From Paragordius varius (Eukaryota; Animalia; Nematomorpha): a stretch of DNA of 64,000 nucleotides. The stretch lies in contig OZ176051.1 in the NCBI GenBank assembly GCA_964247055.1, positions 9,548,001 through 9,612,000 of the forward strand. The letters are read 5' to 3'. This document shows, piece by piece, positions 12,792 through 26,300 of the stretch. The notes beneath the pieces were generated by a model. It made no database searches and was not told the origin of the DNA. It worked only from the letters and a program-made list of their open reading frames with translations. The position numbers and the translations under genes were made by a program. Position 1 is the first letter of the stretch, and each line of letters starts with the position of its first letter.

Positions 12792-15700
12792 CAAAATTAT
12801 TATATTAACATAAAACCTGTCTTCAGTAAGGTCATATCTAAATGCTTCCACCGCTGTTCTCGGTATCTTACCATACATTTCAAGAATTCTATTGTTAGCT
12901 AGAGCGGACATGCGATATAGACTAAAGGCACCTGGGGCAAACATATACCCACCAATTATAGATTCTGCGGGTTTCTCAAACATATGTTTGATACAATATT
13001 CTATTTGTTGAAAATCTATCATAGGCCCTTGTCCATATGAATGTATTCTGGAAAAAGATGCTCCAATAATCAGGTCACTTTCCATCATTTTGATCATTGA
13101 AACTAAATTTTCTGGACTAAAGCTATATCACAAATATTGTTATATATATATTAGTGTAAACCGTTTTGAAAAAAAAATGAAAAATAATTTACGAAAATTT
13201 AAGTATTATTTTATCTATAAAGAGAAAACTAGCATACAAAAGTTTTTGAACTCTTGTTTAACAGCTTCAATCTCTCAAAAAAGTATACTAATTAAATGAA
13301 ATTACAATAGACGGGGATCGATACCAAAGATTTTTGGAAAATAAAGTACCGTGCCGCTTAAAGATATGGAACCTGAATGACAATAAGAAAACAAACTTGT
13401 ATGGCTGAAAGATATTTTTTTATAATTATATGAACGAGATTCGATAAAAAGCAGTGGAACAAATAATGCTCAATTGGAATATATAATACGAGAGCTATTA
13501 TTGGCCATTTTTCTAGTGTAATTTGCTAAAAAGCAAAAATGCATGTCTGTTGATACGTATGATTTTTCATTTTGATTAGGTTCGCAATATATCATATTGG
13601 CACTACTTTCTTAGCAACTAATAAATATAAAAAATCCAAAACTCCAAAGATTTGTGTAATATCTTCCCTTTATCCAATTAAACAAACCGAATTAGCCAAC
13701 AATAGCTCTCGTTACTGTATATCTATTACCGCACGTCGCCATCAAGGGATAAAAAATATGTGTGTTCCATATTTGGTGAATTCTGACTTTTTTCGTTTTT
13801 CTTGATATATCCAATCAGATATGTCATCAGTAATACCTAAAATTGGAAATCTTCTTATAAATAAAATCGAAATTATAAAAAAATTATATTAAGAAATATA
13901 GAATTTACATGGCTCCAACGTTTGTACCTTCGAACAAATTTGGTATCTTTCAAATGAAAGACCAATGGTGTCCCATTTTTCATGATACAATCAATTTGAT
14001 AGCCATATGGGGTTTTATATGTAGAGCTTTTGGGCGGTTTTGGTAATTTCGCAAAACTTATATTTAATAAAGTACGAACATATTGATTGAAAGTAGGTAC
14101 TTCTGAATCCTAAAATATATATACCATTTACAATTGAAAATCACAGTCGAATCAAATTCACACTCGAACAAATTAAACCCTTGAACAAATCAAATTCACC
14201 CTAAAAATAAATTAGTTTTCGATATATAACTATCATTAATATGAAATATATTTTTACGACATAGTCCATTATTTTTCAGCATTATATTAATTTTAACAGA
14301 ATTATATTTGAAAAATATTATAAAATAAAGGTTATTTTTAATCTTAAAAAGCACAGAATTTATTTTGGGGTGAATTTGATATATATATATATATCTATTT
14401 ACGCAAATCTTAATATATGGTGTAAAAAAGTGTAGCTTATATACATTCTAACATATTATTTCCAATATTAAAAGCATATATATTGAAAAAAGATACTTTC
14501 GTAAATATAAATAAATATATATTAAACTGATTTTAAATATTAAAATCACTATTGTTATTTTTAAAGATATTTTAAAAAAAATTAAATACAATTTCATATA
14601 ATCTTAAATGCTACATTTTAAACAAAACAAATTTTCAAAATATTAGACATAATACTGGAAGAAAAAAACTTTATATACGGATCATTTCTTTACTCTGAAT
14701 AGATTAATGTTTTTTTAACTATAATTAGGATCACAACTTGTTACACTCGCCTGCCCAGTGCAATGAATTCATAGATCGTAAAAAACACTCAAATTAATCG
14801 AACGTTGGATGTACTTTTGAATTTTGCCTTTTTTAAAACTAATTAGCATAAATATTTTGCAGTTGTAATACTTGTTAAAAAGATATTAATTTACATTAGT
14901 ATTGTATTCAATAAATCAAGTATATACTTGAATAATGGCATCATCAATGACAATATGGCAATATGGCACAAAGTTTAAATGATTTTTTTGTTCATCCAAT
15001 CTAAATTAATGTAATACAAATTGGTACAAGTCTAAATTAACGTGTTAAGTCTCATTTTAAGTGGGAATTCAATCAAGATATTTTTAAAAATTCTTAATTC
15101 AAAAATAAAAACGTTACAATTGACTATACTGATAATTTTGGGGTTTTAGATTAATATTAGGTTATTATAAAGTTGTTATATAAAACTAGAACTTAAATAA
15201 TTCAATTTTGTAACACAAATCTTGATTGATAAAATTATGGGAAAAAGGTCAATTGTATTTATAAAATGGTTCATAAACATGGTGACATCCTTTTTAACGA
15301 ATCACTAATTAATCGCGTGAAATATTTTTTCTAACTAATCAGTCATATGTTTTGCAAATTAAGGCGTTGCTTTAGTGCAACTTAGGCTGACTGTGAATTG
15401 AGTCTGACTTTACGGTGTATGAGCGGGCATAAATCGTTTAAACGGTTTAAATAGCTTAATATGGCTCAAAAAAGGTCTGACACCCTTAAAATAAAAAATC
15501 AGAGAAAATGTGTATTCTGGAAAGCTTGTTTGGCTTGTTGCTATGGGAAAAGATAGTGGGCTCATCGGGGTTAATTTACATATTTTCCAATGCAAATGTT
15601 TCATTTAATTTAATATCGTAAATTATATTTTTATGATTTCCGAAAATTCCATCATCACAGTCAGCCCTGCACTTATTAAAACTTTAATCGGTTCGTACTA

Positions 15701-16844
15701 TTTTAGTTCGCTACCCCGTAAGAAAAAAGAGAGTTAGCTATATTAATTTATGTTAAAAAATGCTAAAATGGCCTAATAGAACAGGGGTGTTCAACACGCT
15801 TTTTTCGGCACACAAAAATTCTCTAAAAAATGTTGAAATTAAAAATTGGATTTCGATCAAAAATTTACAATTATCTGGAAACATATCATCCAAAATTGAG
15901 CTTAAAACAAAAATATATTAAGGCACCCCGCGAAGATATTGTTGGATACCCCTGATATTGAATAAATTATGGTCAAGTATGACCGATTAAAAATGTTTTC
16001 AAACCGTTCGCTTTTATATCTATCATTCCAAAAAAAATGTTTTTCAAAAGATTTGATTTTTTGATTGTAAAATTTATTATTATGCTTTTTAAGCAGTTTG
16101 TAGGTTGTATATCATTGCCCTATAATATTTAGCTCCTATTGTAATATATAAAAATTGCTAAACTGCATTTAAGCTGTCAACTCTATTTTTTGGACCTGAA
16201 CCTACATAAGTGCTTTTACAAAAATATAAAAATTCACCCTAGACATTAAATTTACCCTTTAACGCTTCTATCTCACCCTGAATATAAATATTTTTTTGGA
16301 AACCGAAAATTACCCATATTTTTTTATATCTAAAAAATGAAACATACTTACAATTAATATACAGTATGCTCATTAATGTGGTTCAATTCACATTAATGTT
16401 GGACAATTGGTAATACAGTAGCTTAAGTGTAAATAACAACAAATGGTTGATATAACAATTTTTTTCTATCAACATTAAATTTTTTGATTATGGAAAAAAA
16501 TTGTTTCATATCTGCTACTATACTATAAATGCCAACATTAATGTCAATTGACCAACATTAATGTGCCTACTGTAAAACATAAAAAATGATAGCTATGCTA
16601 CAAAGAAATATTTCATTTCAATGATTAGCCCAAAATCACATAATTTATTTTAAGGGTGACATAATAATGTTCAAAAGTGAATTTGAGATAATTGAAAAAT
16701 GCTCAAAGGTGAATTTGAAATGTTAAAAAAATACCTAAACAAGGAGTCCATTGAATATTCCATTTCTTGAGGTGTTTCATGCCACATTGTATCACATATA
16801 TAAAGTTCCGCCAAAGAATTAATACTGTTATTGTATGAAGACAT
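9937..16844 (-). CDS. CHS: Chitin synthase paralog B, 11-exon model, 1935 nt / 644 aa (5' end uncertain)
   Basis: Exons 16844-16735 (CDTMWHE), 15000-14928 (HIVIDDA), 14109-13909 (TPYG...HLKD...KRWSH), 13836-13730 (LDGDVR), 13122-12817 (GPMIDFQQIEY...APGAFSLYR...LTEDR), 12149-11921 (NQKRRWKPS), 11765-11598 (TM), 11228-10935 (TM, SWGTRE), 10527-10479, 10415-10216 (LEERLFW), 10134-9937 (TM, TAA). All junctions are GT-AG and phase-compatible. Confidence 0.92.
11255..11535. mobile_element. Degenerate hAT-type MITE (same family as 4499-4768)
   Basis: TCCAACACGCGGCCC at the left end, GCAAAGCCATTTGTGTTGGGCAC at the right end; shared internal motifs. Confidence 0.5.
13482..13719. mobile_element. MITE with TACAGTAACGAGAGCT-type TIRs
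   Basis: Inverted pair TACGAGAGCTATTATTGGCC / AGCCAACAATAGCTCTCGTTACTGTA. A related copy lies at about 26757-26898. Confidence 0.6.
15374..15673. mobile_element. MITE (about 300 bp)
   Basis: Inverted ends AGTGCA...GGCTGACTGTGA / TCACAGTCAGCCCTGCACT. Confidence 0.55.
15782..15954. mobile_element. Short hAT-type MITE
   Basis: TIRs CAGGGGTGTTCAAC / GTTGGATACCCCTG. Confidence 0.65.
16360..16574. mobile_element. Tc1/pogo-type MITE (TA target)
   Basis: TA-CAGTATGCTCATTAATGT ... ACATTAATGTGCCTACTG-TA. Confidence 0.65.
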
Positions 16845-18064
16845 TTTCAAAAGATAAATTTAAACAAATAACAAAAACCGCAAATATGTTTATTATTGGG
16901 TATTGTTTTTTTGTCGATTCATTTATATATACTAACAATATAAATTGTTATTTTTGTATACTTTTTACGATAGCGGCGCGCACGTTATTTTTTCACCAAT
17001 AAAACAATTTGTGCCAATAAGTGATATAAAAATATAAATTATATCAAGTAATATTTTGGATATAAATGGAAAATAATATTATTGGTTATATGGGTCTTTT
17101 AAATTTGTTTCATTGAACACTGTTTTATAAAATACTATTGTATGGAAAATATATTGCTAATGAGTGTACAGATTTTGGTTTTATATCAGAGTTGAGTCTA
17201 TTTTCGGATTTACTGGCATTACTTTTAACTAATTTGTTTTGCATTGTATGGAATCAAAGTTAATTTAAAATTTATTGCCTATAATTTTTTTCAAATCCTT
17301 TTAGTTGCGAAACACTTTCAATAAAAACAGTTATAAATATTGGAAATCTTCAAATTATAAAATATTGTCAGATAGCATATGCAAAGAATATTATTATTGG
17401 TGAATGAAAGAGCAAAATATAACTTAAACCTAATAATATTGCTCTTTGATGTGTATGTAATCTGATAATTAATGAAAAACTGCAATTCACATTTACTCCT
17501 GCTGATATTTTACAGAACGATCCGCTGGGCCGTGCCATCTATATTGGGCGGTTTACCAGCTATTTGGCGCATGTAAAATCCATGAAATATTTCGTTGAGG
17601 TAGAATGTAATTCTGTTAAAATATTTTGTACAAATACGCTTAAGATATTATCTAGGTTAAACTTTAGCGCAATATGCTAAAATATCTGAAATTCCCGAGG
17701 GATAAACACCTCAAAGCATATATTAATAAGAAAATATATTTTATTGAAAGTAACAAAAATTTGTTGTCTTCAAACAAATTCTTTAATTTTGAAATATATT
17801 ATATATATATATATAAATTATTATCGAAACGTCTGGTCTTACAGTCCATTACTCATGAATTTAAACAAGAATATATTCTGTGATATTTACCCCAAAATTA
17901 TTATAAAAAATGAGTATGCTAATAAAATCAATTATATCTAAATGCATCAAACGCTTATTTTGAAGAGAGTCCAAAATTATTAGCACTTTTCATGAAAAAT
18001 AAACAGCGGATTTAAAATGTAGATGCATAATAAGATGTCATGATGTTTTGTGACAATTAATTAA

Positions 18065-19388
18065 CACTTAGATACAGAGCCTTCATTTCCTTCGGTTTAA
18101 TTGGGGTAGTTAGATACCCAGGCTTTAAAATTAAATATTTTAAAAAATATATAATAAATGAAACCATTGCAAAAGTTTGCACTTATATAACATTACCGTA
18201 CCTATAATAAAAAATTAATCCAAAAATACTTGAAACTTATCTAGAGCAAAAAGGTAAAAATTTAGCCATGACATGTGTCCATAAGCTAAATGTGAAAATT
18301 ATGAAAAATATACCATTTTTCTGTTTATTTAAATGTTAAATGTGATTTTAATAAAAATTAAACTTAATTTTAGACTTACAATTATACACAATATTTAACA
18401 CTTGGATAAAACACATTCAATTTAGTCATTCGATTCAAATTGGGGTAGTTAAATACCCCAGGCCTGTTTTAAATTATATTCTTTTAAAAATATGGAAGGA
18501 ATCGAAACCATGGCAAAATTTTGCACTTATATAACATTAATAAACCGAAATATATAAAAAAAAAATTATTCAAAAATACTTGATATTACTTATTTTAAGA
18601 AACCGAAAGGTAAACATTTAGTCCACGTGACATGTGTGCAATAGTAAAATTGAAAAATAATACAAAATAAACCGCTTTTTTATTTTTATAAATGTTAGAT
18701 GTAATTTAAATAAAAAATTAGCTTTAATTTTACCCTTAAAATTAAATGAAGACGATATTTTGCAAAAATTTTGAAAAATAAAAATGGCGTCGAAGTAGTT
18801 TGACATGGAACTTTTTTTTCAAAACAAAATTTTATTGAGATATTTTGGCATATTCATATAATTTTCATTGGGTTAGTAGCATAAATTTTAATTGGGACCG
18901 TTTCCTTCAGTAGTTTTCAAAACTCCCAACTCAAATTTAGTCTTGGGTATTTAGATGCCCCAAATTGAATCGAAGTGTTAAAAATTTTTAAAATTAAAAT
19001 GGCCCAAGTAGTTTATTGCGGAACTTTTTTTCCAAAATTAAATTTTACTTATATAATTTGGCTTATTTATGTTTATTGAGAAAGAAGCATAAATTAAAAT
19101 TAGAACCGTTTCTTTCAGTAGTTTTTAAAAATTTCAACTCAAAAATTGACTGGGGTATTTAGATAACCCAAATTGAATCGAAGTGCTAAAAAAATTTAAA
19201 ATTAAAATGGTAAGTAGTTTAATGCGGAACTTTTTTTCCAAAATTAAATTTTATTTAGATTTTTTGGCTTATTTATGTTTATTAAAAAAGAAGCATAAAT
19301 TTAAATTAGATCCGTTTTTTTCAGTAGTTTTTTAAAAATTTCAACTCAAAAATTGGGGGTATTTAGATACCCCATTTGTATCGCAGTG
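18065..19388. mobile_element. piggyBac-like non-autonomous element(s), compound, with internal repeats of about 190-200 bp
   Basis: TTAA|CACTTAGATAC ... GTATCGCAGTG|TTAA. A second left end lies at about 18399 and further right ends at about 18978 and 19184. The repeat units at the left are inverted relative to those at the right. A related copy lies at 63154-63686. Confidence 0.65.
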
Positions 19389-20363
19389 TTAAAAAATGCC
19401 ATTTCCTAGTTTATTTGACCAAAATTATATATAGTTGTAAAGGTTTACCCAGAAAATTACTAAGTGACTTGTTTCGGTTAACATAAATTTTCACTTTTTT
19501 GCATACTATATTTTGGGGTAGTTTTACTATTAAATATAATTATTGTTCTGAAGGTTGCTGTTTTGGTTAAGGTTTGGTTTAACAAATATTAGGCACATTT
19601 CTAAATATATTCGAAAATTGGCTTCGAAATTTGTTTTAAACATGAATGAATATAAAAAAATTGCTGATATGCCGAAAGTTATATGACCGCAAAAATATAT
19701 AGGATTTTCTATATTTAAAATTTCCCAGATTTGGAAATATGAAGGCTATACAACGAATACTTACAAAAACATGGCTTAAATACTTTTTAATATTTTAATT
19801 TAGAATTACTAAATTCCAAAAGGTAAAGTTTCTATTTTTATATTGCTTAAAAACCTTATAATATTTAAAGTCCTACAATTAAAACAAGCAGCTGGTTTCA
19901 AAATCTATGTTTTTGCTATTAATTTAGCTTTTTTATATATTATTTAACCATTACTATTTCTGTTAATAGGAAAAAAATTAAAGAGCAAATCGCAAAATTA
20001 TAATGATTTACTTTTTTAAAATTAAAAATTTTGACTAAAAGTTAAAAATGCACATTATAAATTGATTAACATATGTATAATTTATCAACAAATTTTAATA
20101 TGTTGCAAATTAGATTTTTAAAATTTATTTAAAAAAACTTTTTTACGATCCATATAATCCATAACATGTAATTACCAATATATTAATTTAAAAATTAGTG
20201 TTTCGCGTATTTTATTTATTAATAAAATAAATTATATTTTAGATATATATTATATGTTATAATCGTCAAATGTTAAATTTAATAAATATATTTATAACAC
20301 GCTTACCATTTCCTTGCGGTATATTTTATTTACTAATCACATGTAACGTTGAGCCGCGATGCG

Positions 20364-23300
20364 ATGTTTTGGATTTTTAATATTATTTTTATAAATTCTC
20401 TCATTTTACAGGTAAATTTAGTTATTTTTAATATAATTTATAATTATTAAATCGCTTGCTTTTTATTTGATTATTATATTTTATTAGCTCAATTATCTTA
20501 GGGTCCATTCTGGTAAAATAATTAGCCATTTAGGGAGGCTTACTACTTTAATAATAAATATATAGGGACATAAGATTTGACAAATGTCTTTTTTTATTTA
20601 ATCCTAAATTTTAATATGTGTGATATTAATTCTATTTATAATTAATGAAATAGCATCAAATGACCGTTTTTTTCTGCATCAAATTTACAATCTGTTGGAT
20701 TATATCAAATAACATATACAAATACATATATATATGTATATTTCTTTATTGGAAAAAATGTCTTTATGATTGTACAGCTATTAAGTCGTAACTATTTATG
20801 ATTGGGTTTTTTTAAAATTATAAATAATTTATAAGGATTAATATATGGAATAAAAAATGAACATCTATTTTTAAAGAGTCCTGGCTTAAATTTTAAAAAA
20901 ATTTAGTTAACTAATATCAAACTTTTTTATTGATATAAATAGAATAATAGAGTCACACGCAGAATAAGTTTTTATGTTGTTAAGAAACGATATGTTATAA
21001 ATATTTTTGTTCAATAGTTTTTTACAAGTCTTGGATTTAAAATTTTACGAACCGTTTTATGGAACATGTTGCAATATTTTTAAAAAACCGGTGGTGGCAC
21101 CGAAAATGTAAAAACAGGAACCGTAACCAGTTAAATTTTTAAAAGCAATCGGTTCCATATTAAAGACCAAGTTTTCGAAATTCTTATGGAAGTATTTTAT
21201 TTTTGCAATTGATAAAGGGGATATAAAAACCACTTTATGCAAGTATTTTGAAGTACGCGAGAAAACAGCAAATGCTTCAAATGGGGATCATTAATAAAAG
21301 GAACAGAAAAATAATTTAGTAAAGCATTTAAAGTTACACTGGGACGTTTTTAAGTATAATGAGCTGCAACTGAAACTAGTGTTAAATGCTAAGAACCGTT
21401 TTGGAACCGGTTTCAAATTTAGGCTCGGGTTCGAAGCCCTTGTTTTTATATACATCCTTAATTTGTTGGGAATATCTTCGACTTTACTATGTTAGAGTCT
21501 CCTCCAGGTACTTTTATTTTTTAAATGTAATTCTTAACATTTTAAAATTATTATAACCTTACCTACAGTATGCACATAGCGTATGTTTGTCCATAATTAA
21601 ATAAATTAAAATAAAAAATTGTTTAATTTCGACATTGTCTTTTTTACTCATACACTACTGTGTTGCCAATTGGCCGAGCCACCAAAAATGTGAATAGGCC
21701 AGTATAATTGTGCATACTGTAAATCATCTTAAGTGTGCACTTAATTTTAGTGTTCATTTGCCTACGAATTATAAAATATATGTAAAAATTGTGTTTTTAT
21801 TTAAAATATGAATTTATCTTACTATACTAATTAATTAATTTTAATTTTTTGTGAGTTATAACTGTATATTACATCCGAAAAATATTAGGTCATCAACCGA
21901 AACGCGAAATTGTTAAATTTTTAGTATATGTGTTTTTAATTAAATAAAATTCATAATTTATTTATTTATCGTTACATAAATATTAATTTTATAAAAAAAC
22001 TGGTTTTTAAATTAGCCAACACACATATACCAATTTCAAATTATTTTTATAATCAAAAAGTACAGCCAAAAATAATTTTGGTTAAACTACTATAAACACA
22101 TGTCTTTTTTAATCAAAAAATTGTAAGTTTAATTAAAATTTATTTTTTAAACAATCAAATATATACCTCCCACATATACTAAAAATTTTTGAAAATCGTA
22201 TATAATAAATAATACTTTTAACAATTTTCACATTTTGTTAAACAGATAATAAATATTTATTACCCTACTTAAAACCCAATCAAAGAAAAAAATATGTTAT
22301 AAATAAAAAAACGGAAAGATTCTTATTTGAACTATACAATTTTTTGGACATTAAGACATGTACATTTAATAAAGCAAAATTGATATTAATTCGAATTTTT
22401 ATATTTAATCTAAGGTTTTGTAACATTTGGCATTTTATTAATTTTTTTACGGGTCGCACAAAGCGGATGAACACACTCCTGCTTAAATGCAAATTATGTT
22501 TTTAAATTTATTTTGATGTGATTACCCAGCATAAAAAGTCTATCCCCTAATCTCAGTTTTATGCACGTTTATTTTTAAGTACACCAATATATGTATTTCA
22601 ACGCTCGAGTATAACACTTTCAAAACAATATATACATGATTTTTATAATAATTTGCATTGGAGACTGAAAAAAAAATATTTTAATTGAATATGCTCTAAA
22701 TTTGCGATTTTTCGATTTTGGGTAATATCATCATAAACCTTAAATGATTACCAAAGTTCACATAGCCTAATTATTATTATTGACTTTTTCTGCATACGTT
22801 TTGACCACCACTTATGTTTAAACACTTTTATACATATGTTAAAACATCAATATATTAATCTTACAAAATACTTTTTTTCAATGGGAATCCCTCTCTCGTA
22901 AAAAATCATAAATTTTTTCTTACCATCAATAGCAATATTCTGAGATATACCAGCTGCTTTGCGCATCCATATATATGCGTTTTACTATTGTGAAACATTT
23001 ATTAAGTGGTTTTTCATAATAATTCTGAAGCTAAATATATTAGTCAGTCCCTTCCCATACTTTGAAAATTTTGTTAAAATTTTGATTTTAAATCTCAAAT
23101 TTAAGGTAGAACAATTTAAATTAAAATATTGAATATGTAATAATCAAATCGTAATATTTTATTTTACAAGTTTTTAAGAGACCTTAGAAATCGATTAAAC
23201 TAAGGAAATGACATTTATTCTTTATGATATATATATGTATAAATATCGTGAATTATGACAGATTTTTTTTTATTTTACATTCGCACACATTATATAATCC

Positions 23301-26300
23301 ATAATGTTTAATGTTAATATTGTCGTTTGCTTGACAACCTCAAGAACGAATTGAATTGATTATATATGTATTAAATATAAGTATATATTAATTTGCAATA
23401 ATTTTTGTTATCATGCATTCTTCAGGGAATTTATATATTATCTATTATACTATATCAATATTTGTTGTCTATCTTTGATATTCTGATTTATATTTATATA
23501 AATAAATATTAATATCTATTCCTAACTCCATATTTTAATGTGTTTGATTTTGACAATACACGACTTTATATATTTATCTTGTCTTTTTAAAAGATTAGGA
23601 TTAAGGATGTCAAATGTAAATATAGAAGTGATATAATTTTTGCCTCTTAACAAGTTGAAATAATTTTTATGAATCACCAACAAATTCATTTGTTTGATAT
23701 TTTACTTTTATGGATGAGGGTTTACTTAATGCATATATGATAATTTTGAAATTTCTGTTTTTTTAATAATAGTTTGCAACTGATATTTGGGTAATAAATT
23801 TTGCTAAAATAATAAATTTTTGATAGCTATTATAAATTATTTACACATTTTTTCTCAATAATAATAATAATAATATGTAATTTAATAAATTATTGTCATT
23901 TCCCACAGATTTTTTGTTTGTTAAGTAGTTTAAACGTATTATAAAGGCGACACTAAAATTCAATACATGTCCTCCTGTCGTGCAGTATGTGTTTTTAAAA
24001 TCAATTACCTAAATAAATACCATTGCAAAAATGTACAATCTGAATTATATTTGATTGTTTAATATTGTGTTTTAATAGCATTATGACTAAACAAATAATT
24101 GGATGTTTAGGTATAAGAGTGTCTTTATAAATTGTAATTTTACATTGTTTCATAAAAATTTTGATTATTCGTCCATTTTATATGTTGAAAATTTTACGGT
24201 ATTTACCATACACATTGTATATGAGATCCCTTCATCATTGATAAAATTTAAAAGGACAACAACATTAATTTTTTTTAATGGCTCAAACTTTTTTTTATCA
24301 AATATTATATATTTGTAACTTTTTTTACAACATTGATTAATACGTGCCAAATTTGTATTTTTAAGTCGTTCTTTATTTGATCAATTTTTTTCCGTACTAC
24401 AATGAATATATATATTATTGGTTATAATGTTCCTTTTTATGGTAAAATTTAAATGTTGTAAGCAAAATTTTTTATTTTATGGATGAATTACAGTATGAAT
24501 GAGTATACAATGATAGTAAGTTATTAATTATTGCCAAATACCATATACAAAAAAGGGAAGTATTATTGGCCTATAGTTGATTTTTTCTTTTTAACTATAT
24601 TTAGCCAATAATAAATCGCTTTCTTGCAAATGCTATTTGGCAATAATTAATAACTTTCTAATATGCCAACGTATACAGTATTATACTTAAATAACCAAAA
24701 ATTTATTGGATTGTGGCCAAATATCCATATTAATTAAAGTTTGTTGTCCATTTTAATTTTGATATATAATATATTTTAAGTTTTAACCCTCTAACTCATG
24801 ATTTATATAACTCTTTCTAAAATATTTTTGGGATTAGCTTTGGGCCAATACGCAATATCCTCCTGTTTGGAGACAATATAGTGCCTCAAATACAAACAAT
24901 AACAACAATTTTTACCACAGAAATAAACATTTATCACATTACGTTTCGTCATCTGAATCAAAAAAAGATAGCAGCAACAGTTTTAGATCTGCCCCTAACT
25001 TAGTTTTAGGAAGCGGTCATTTCCCAAAAGAATTGATTGATGCTGAAATTGTTTCCCAGCCTTCACACAGTAGTAGATCAACCGTTTCTACCCGTCCTAA
25101 TCGCGACGCTTTAACCAATAAACTATCAAATTTGAGTATAACCCAATCTGCTCGGGTAAATTTTGTTTACACCAAATCTAATTTAAAAATGTTGCCTTTT
25201 TCTAAAATAGCTTTAATGGTTATCTGCCATCGGTTTTAAAACTTGATAAATATCATAAATAAGATTTCAGAATCATATGTATATTAACAAATTAATATTC
25301 TAACGTTGTTCAAACGTAAATTGTAAAAACGTATATTTTAAATGGCGATTAAATCGTAATTTTGTCAAAGATCTAACTTTAAAATATAGTAGATTAATCT
25401 AGTTAAATCTCTTTTGACGTTTCAATTTATTGATTTTGTAAAAAAATACAATTAATAATATACAAAACCTTACAAATTTCACCAATTTTACGCCATAGAA
25501 TACTAGACAGAAACAAATGAATCCAAATCCCATTATAAATTACCGATCTTTACCTCCCTCAAGCAACGTTGACGATGAAGATGAGAATGGGTCCGGATTT
25601 AAACCACAAATAGCCACAGATTTAGGATCAGGTTTCGCATATTACTATTGTTTATAGTAGTTTTTCATGTAAAATTTTATTTTTATATCATATGTTTTGT
25701 TTAATGTAAAACGCGATATTTGTCAAATGGTTAAAAATTGTGTTGTTACTATTAATGGCAGCAATCAATTATCTTGCTTTTTTATTTTTAGTACGGTTAT
25801 TATGGTAACTATATAATCTTAATAATGGAGATAACCACTTAAATTTTGGAAAAGCATTTATTTTTATTTTACCGTTTGTGAAAAAGGAGGCTGTTATATG
25901 ACCACGTTCAAATTCTTACGGCTATTATTTGGTTTTGATTAAAAAGAATAAGAAATATACCATACGAATTTCAGTTAATGTATCTTAAAAGTAGCCATTT
26001 TTCATAAAAATGTTTTGGTACAAAAGATATTTTAAAATGAATCTTTTGATACACTCCCAATTAACATATATTGTTAATTTAATATATATATATATAATAA
26101 TTATCGTCGATACCTGCAATTTTAATAAAAATATTTTCGTTTACTATCATATAATCTCACTCCACTAACTATTACATTACATATACCCCCTAGAGTTCCG
26201 ATTAGGGTTGGTTTAACCGGATAATTACCGCATGACTGCTTTTAAATGTTGCCACATTATTACAAAAGTTAATTTCTGTTTCAACTAAATTATAAAACAA

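Noticed and set aside
13310-13560. Weak likeness to a hAT dimerisation domain (DFWKIKY...TCMAERYF)
   Set aside because: It needs several stops and frameshifts, and the distal half is explained by an unrelated MITE (13482-13719).
21395-21440. GGTTCGA (T-loop-like) motif
   Set aside because: No cloverleaf or A-box; it sits in a GAACCG-rich repeat end. No tRNA, rRNA or snRNA genes were recognised in the window.
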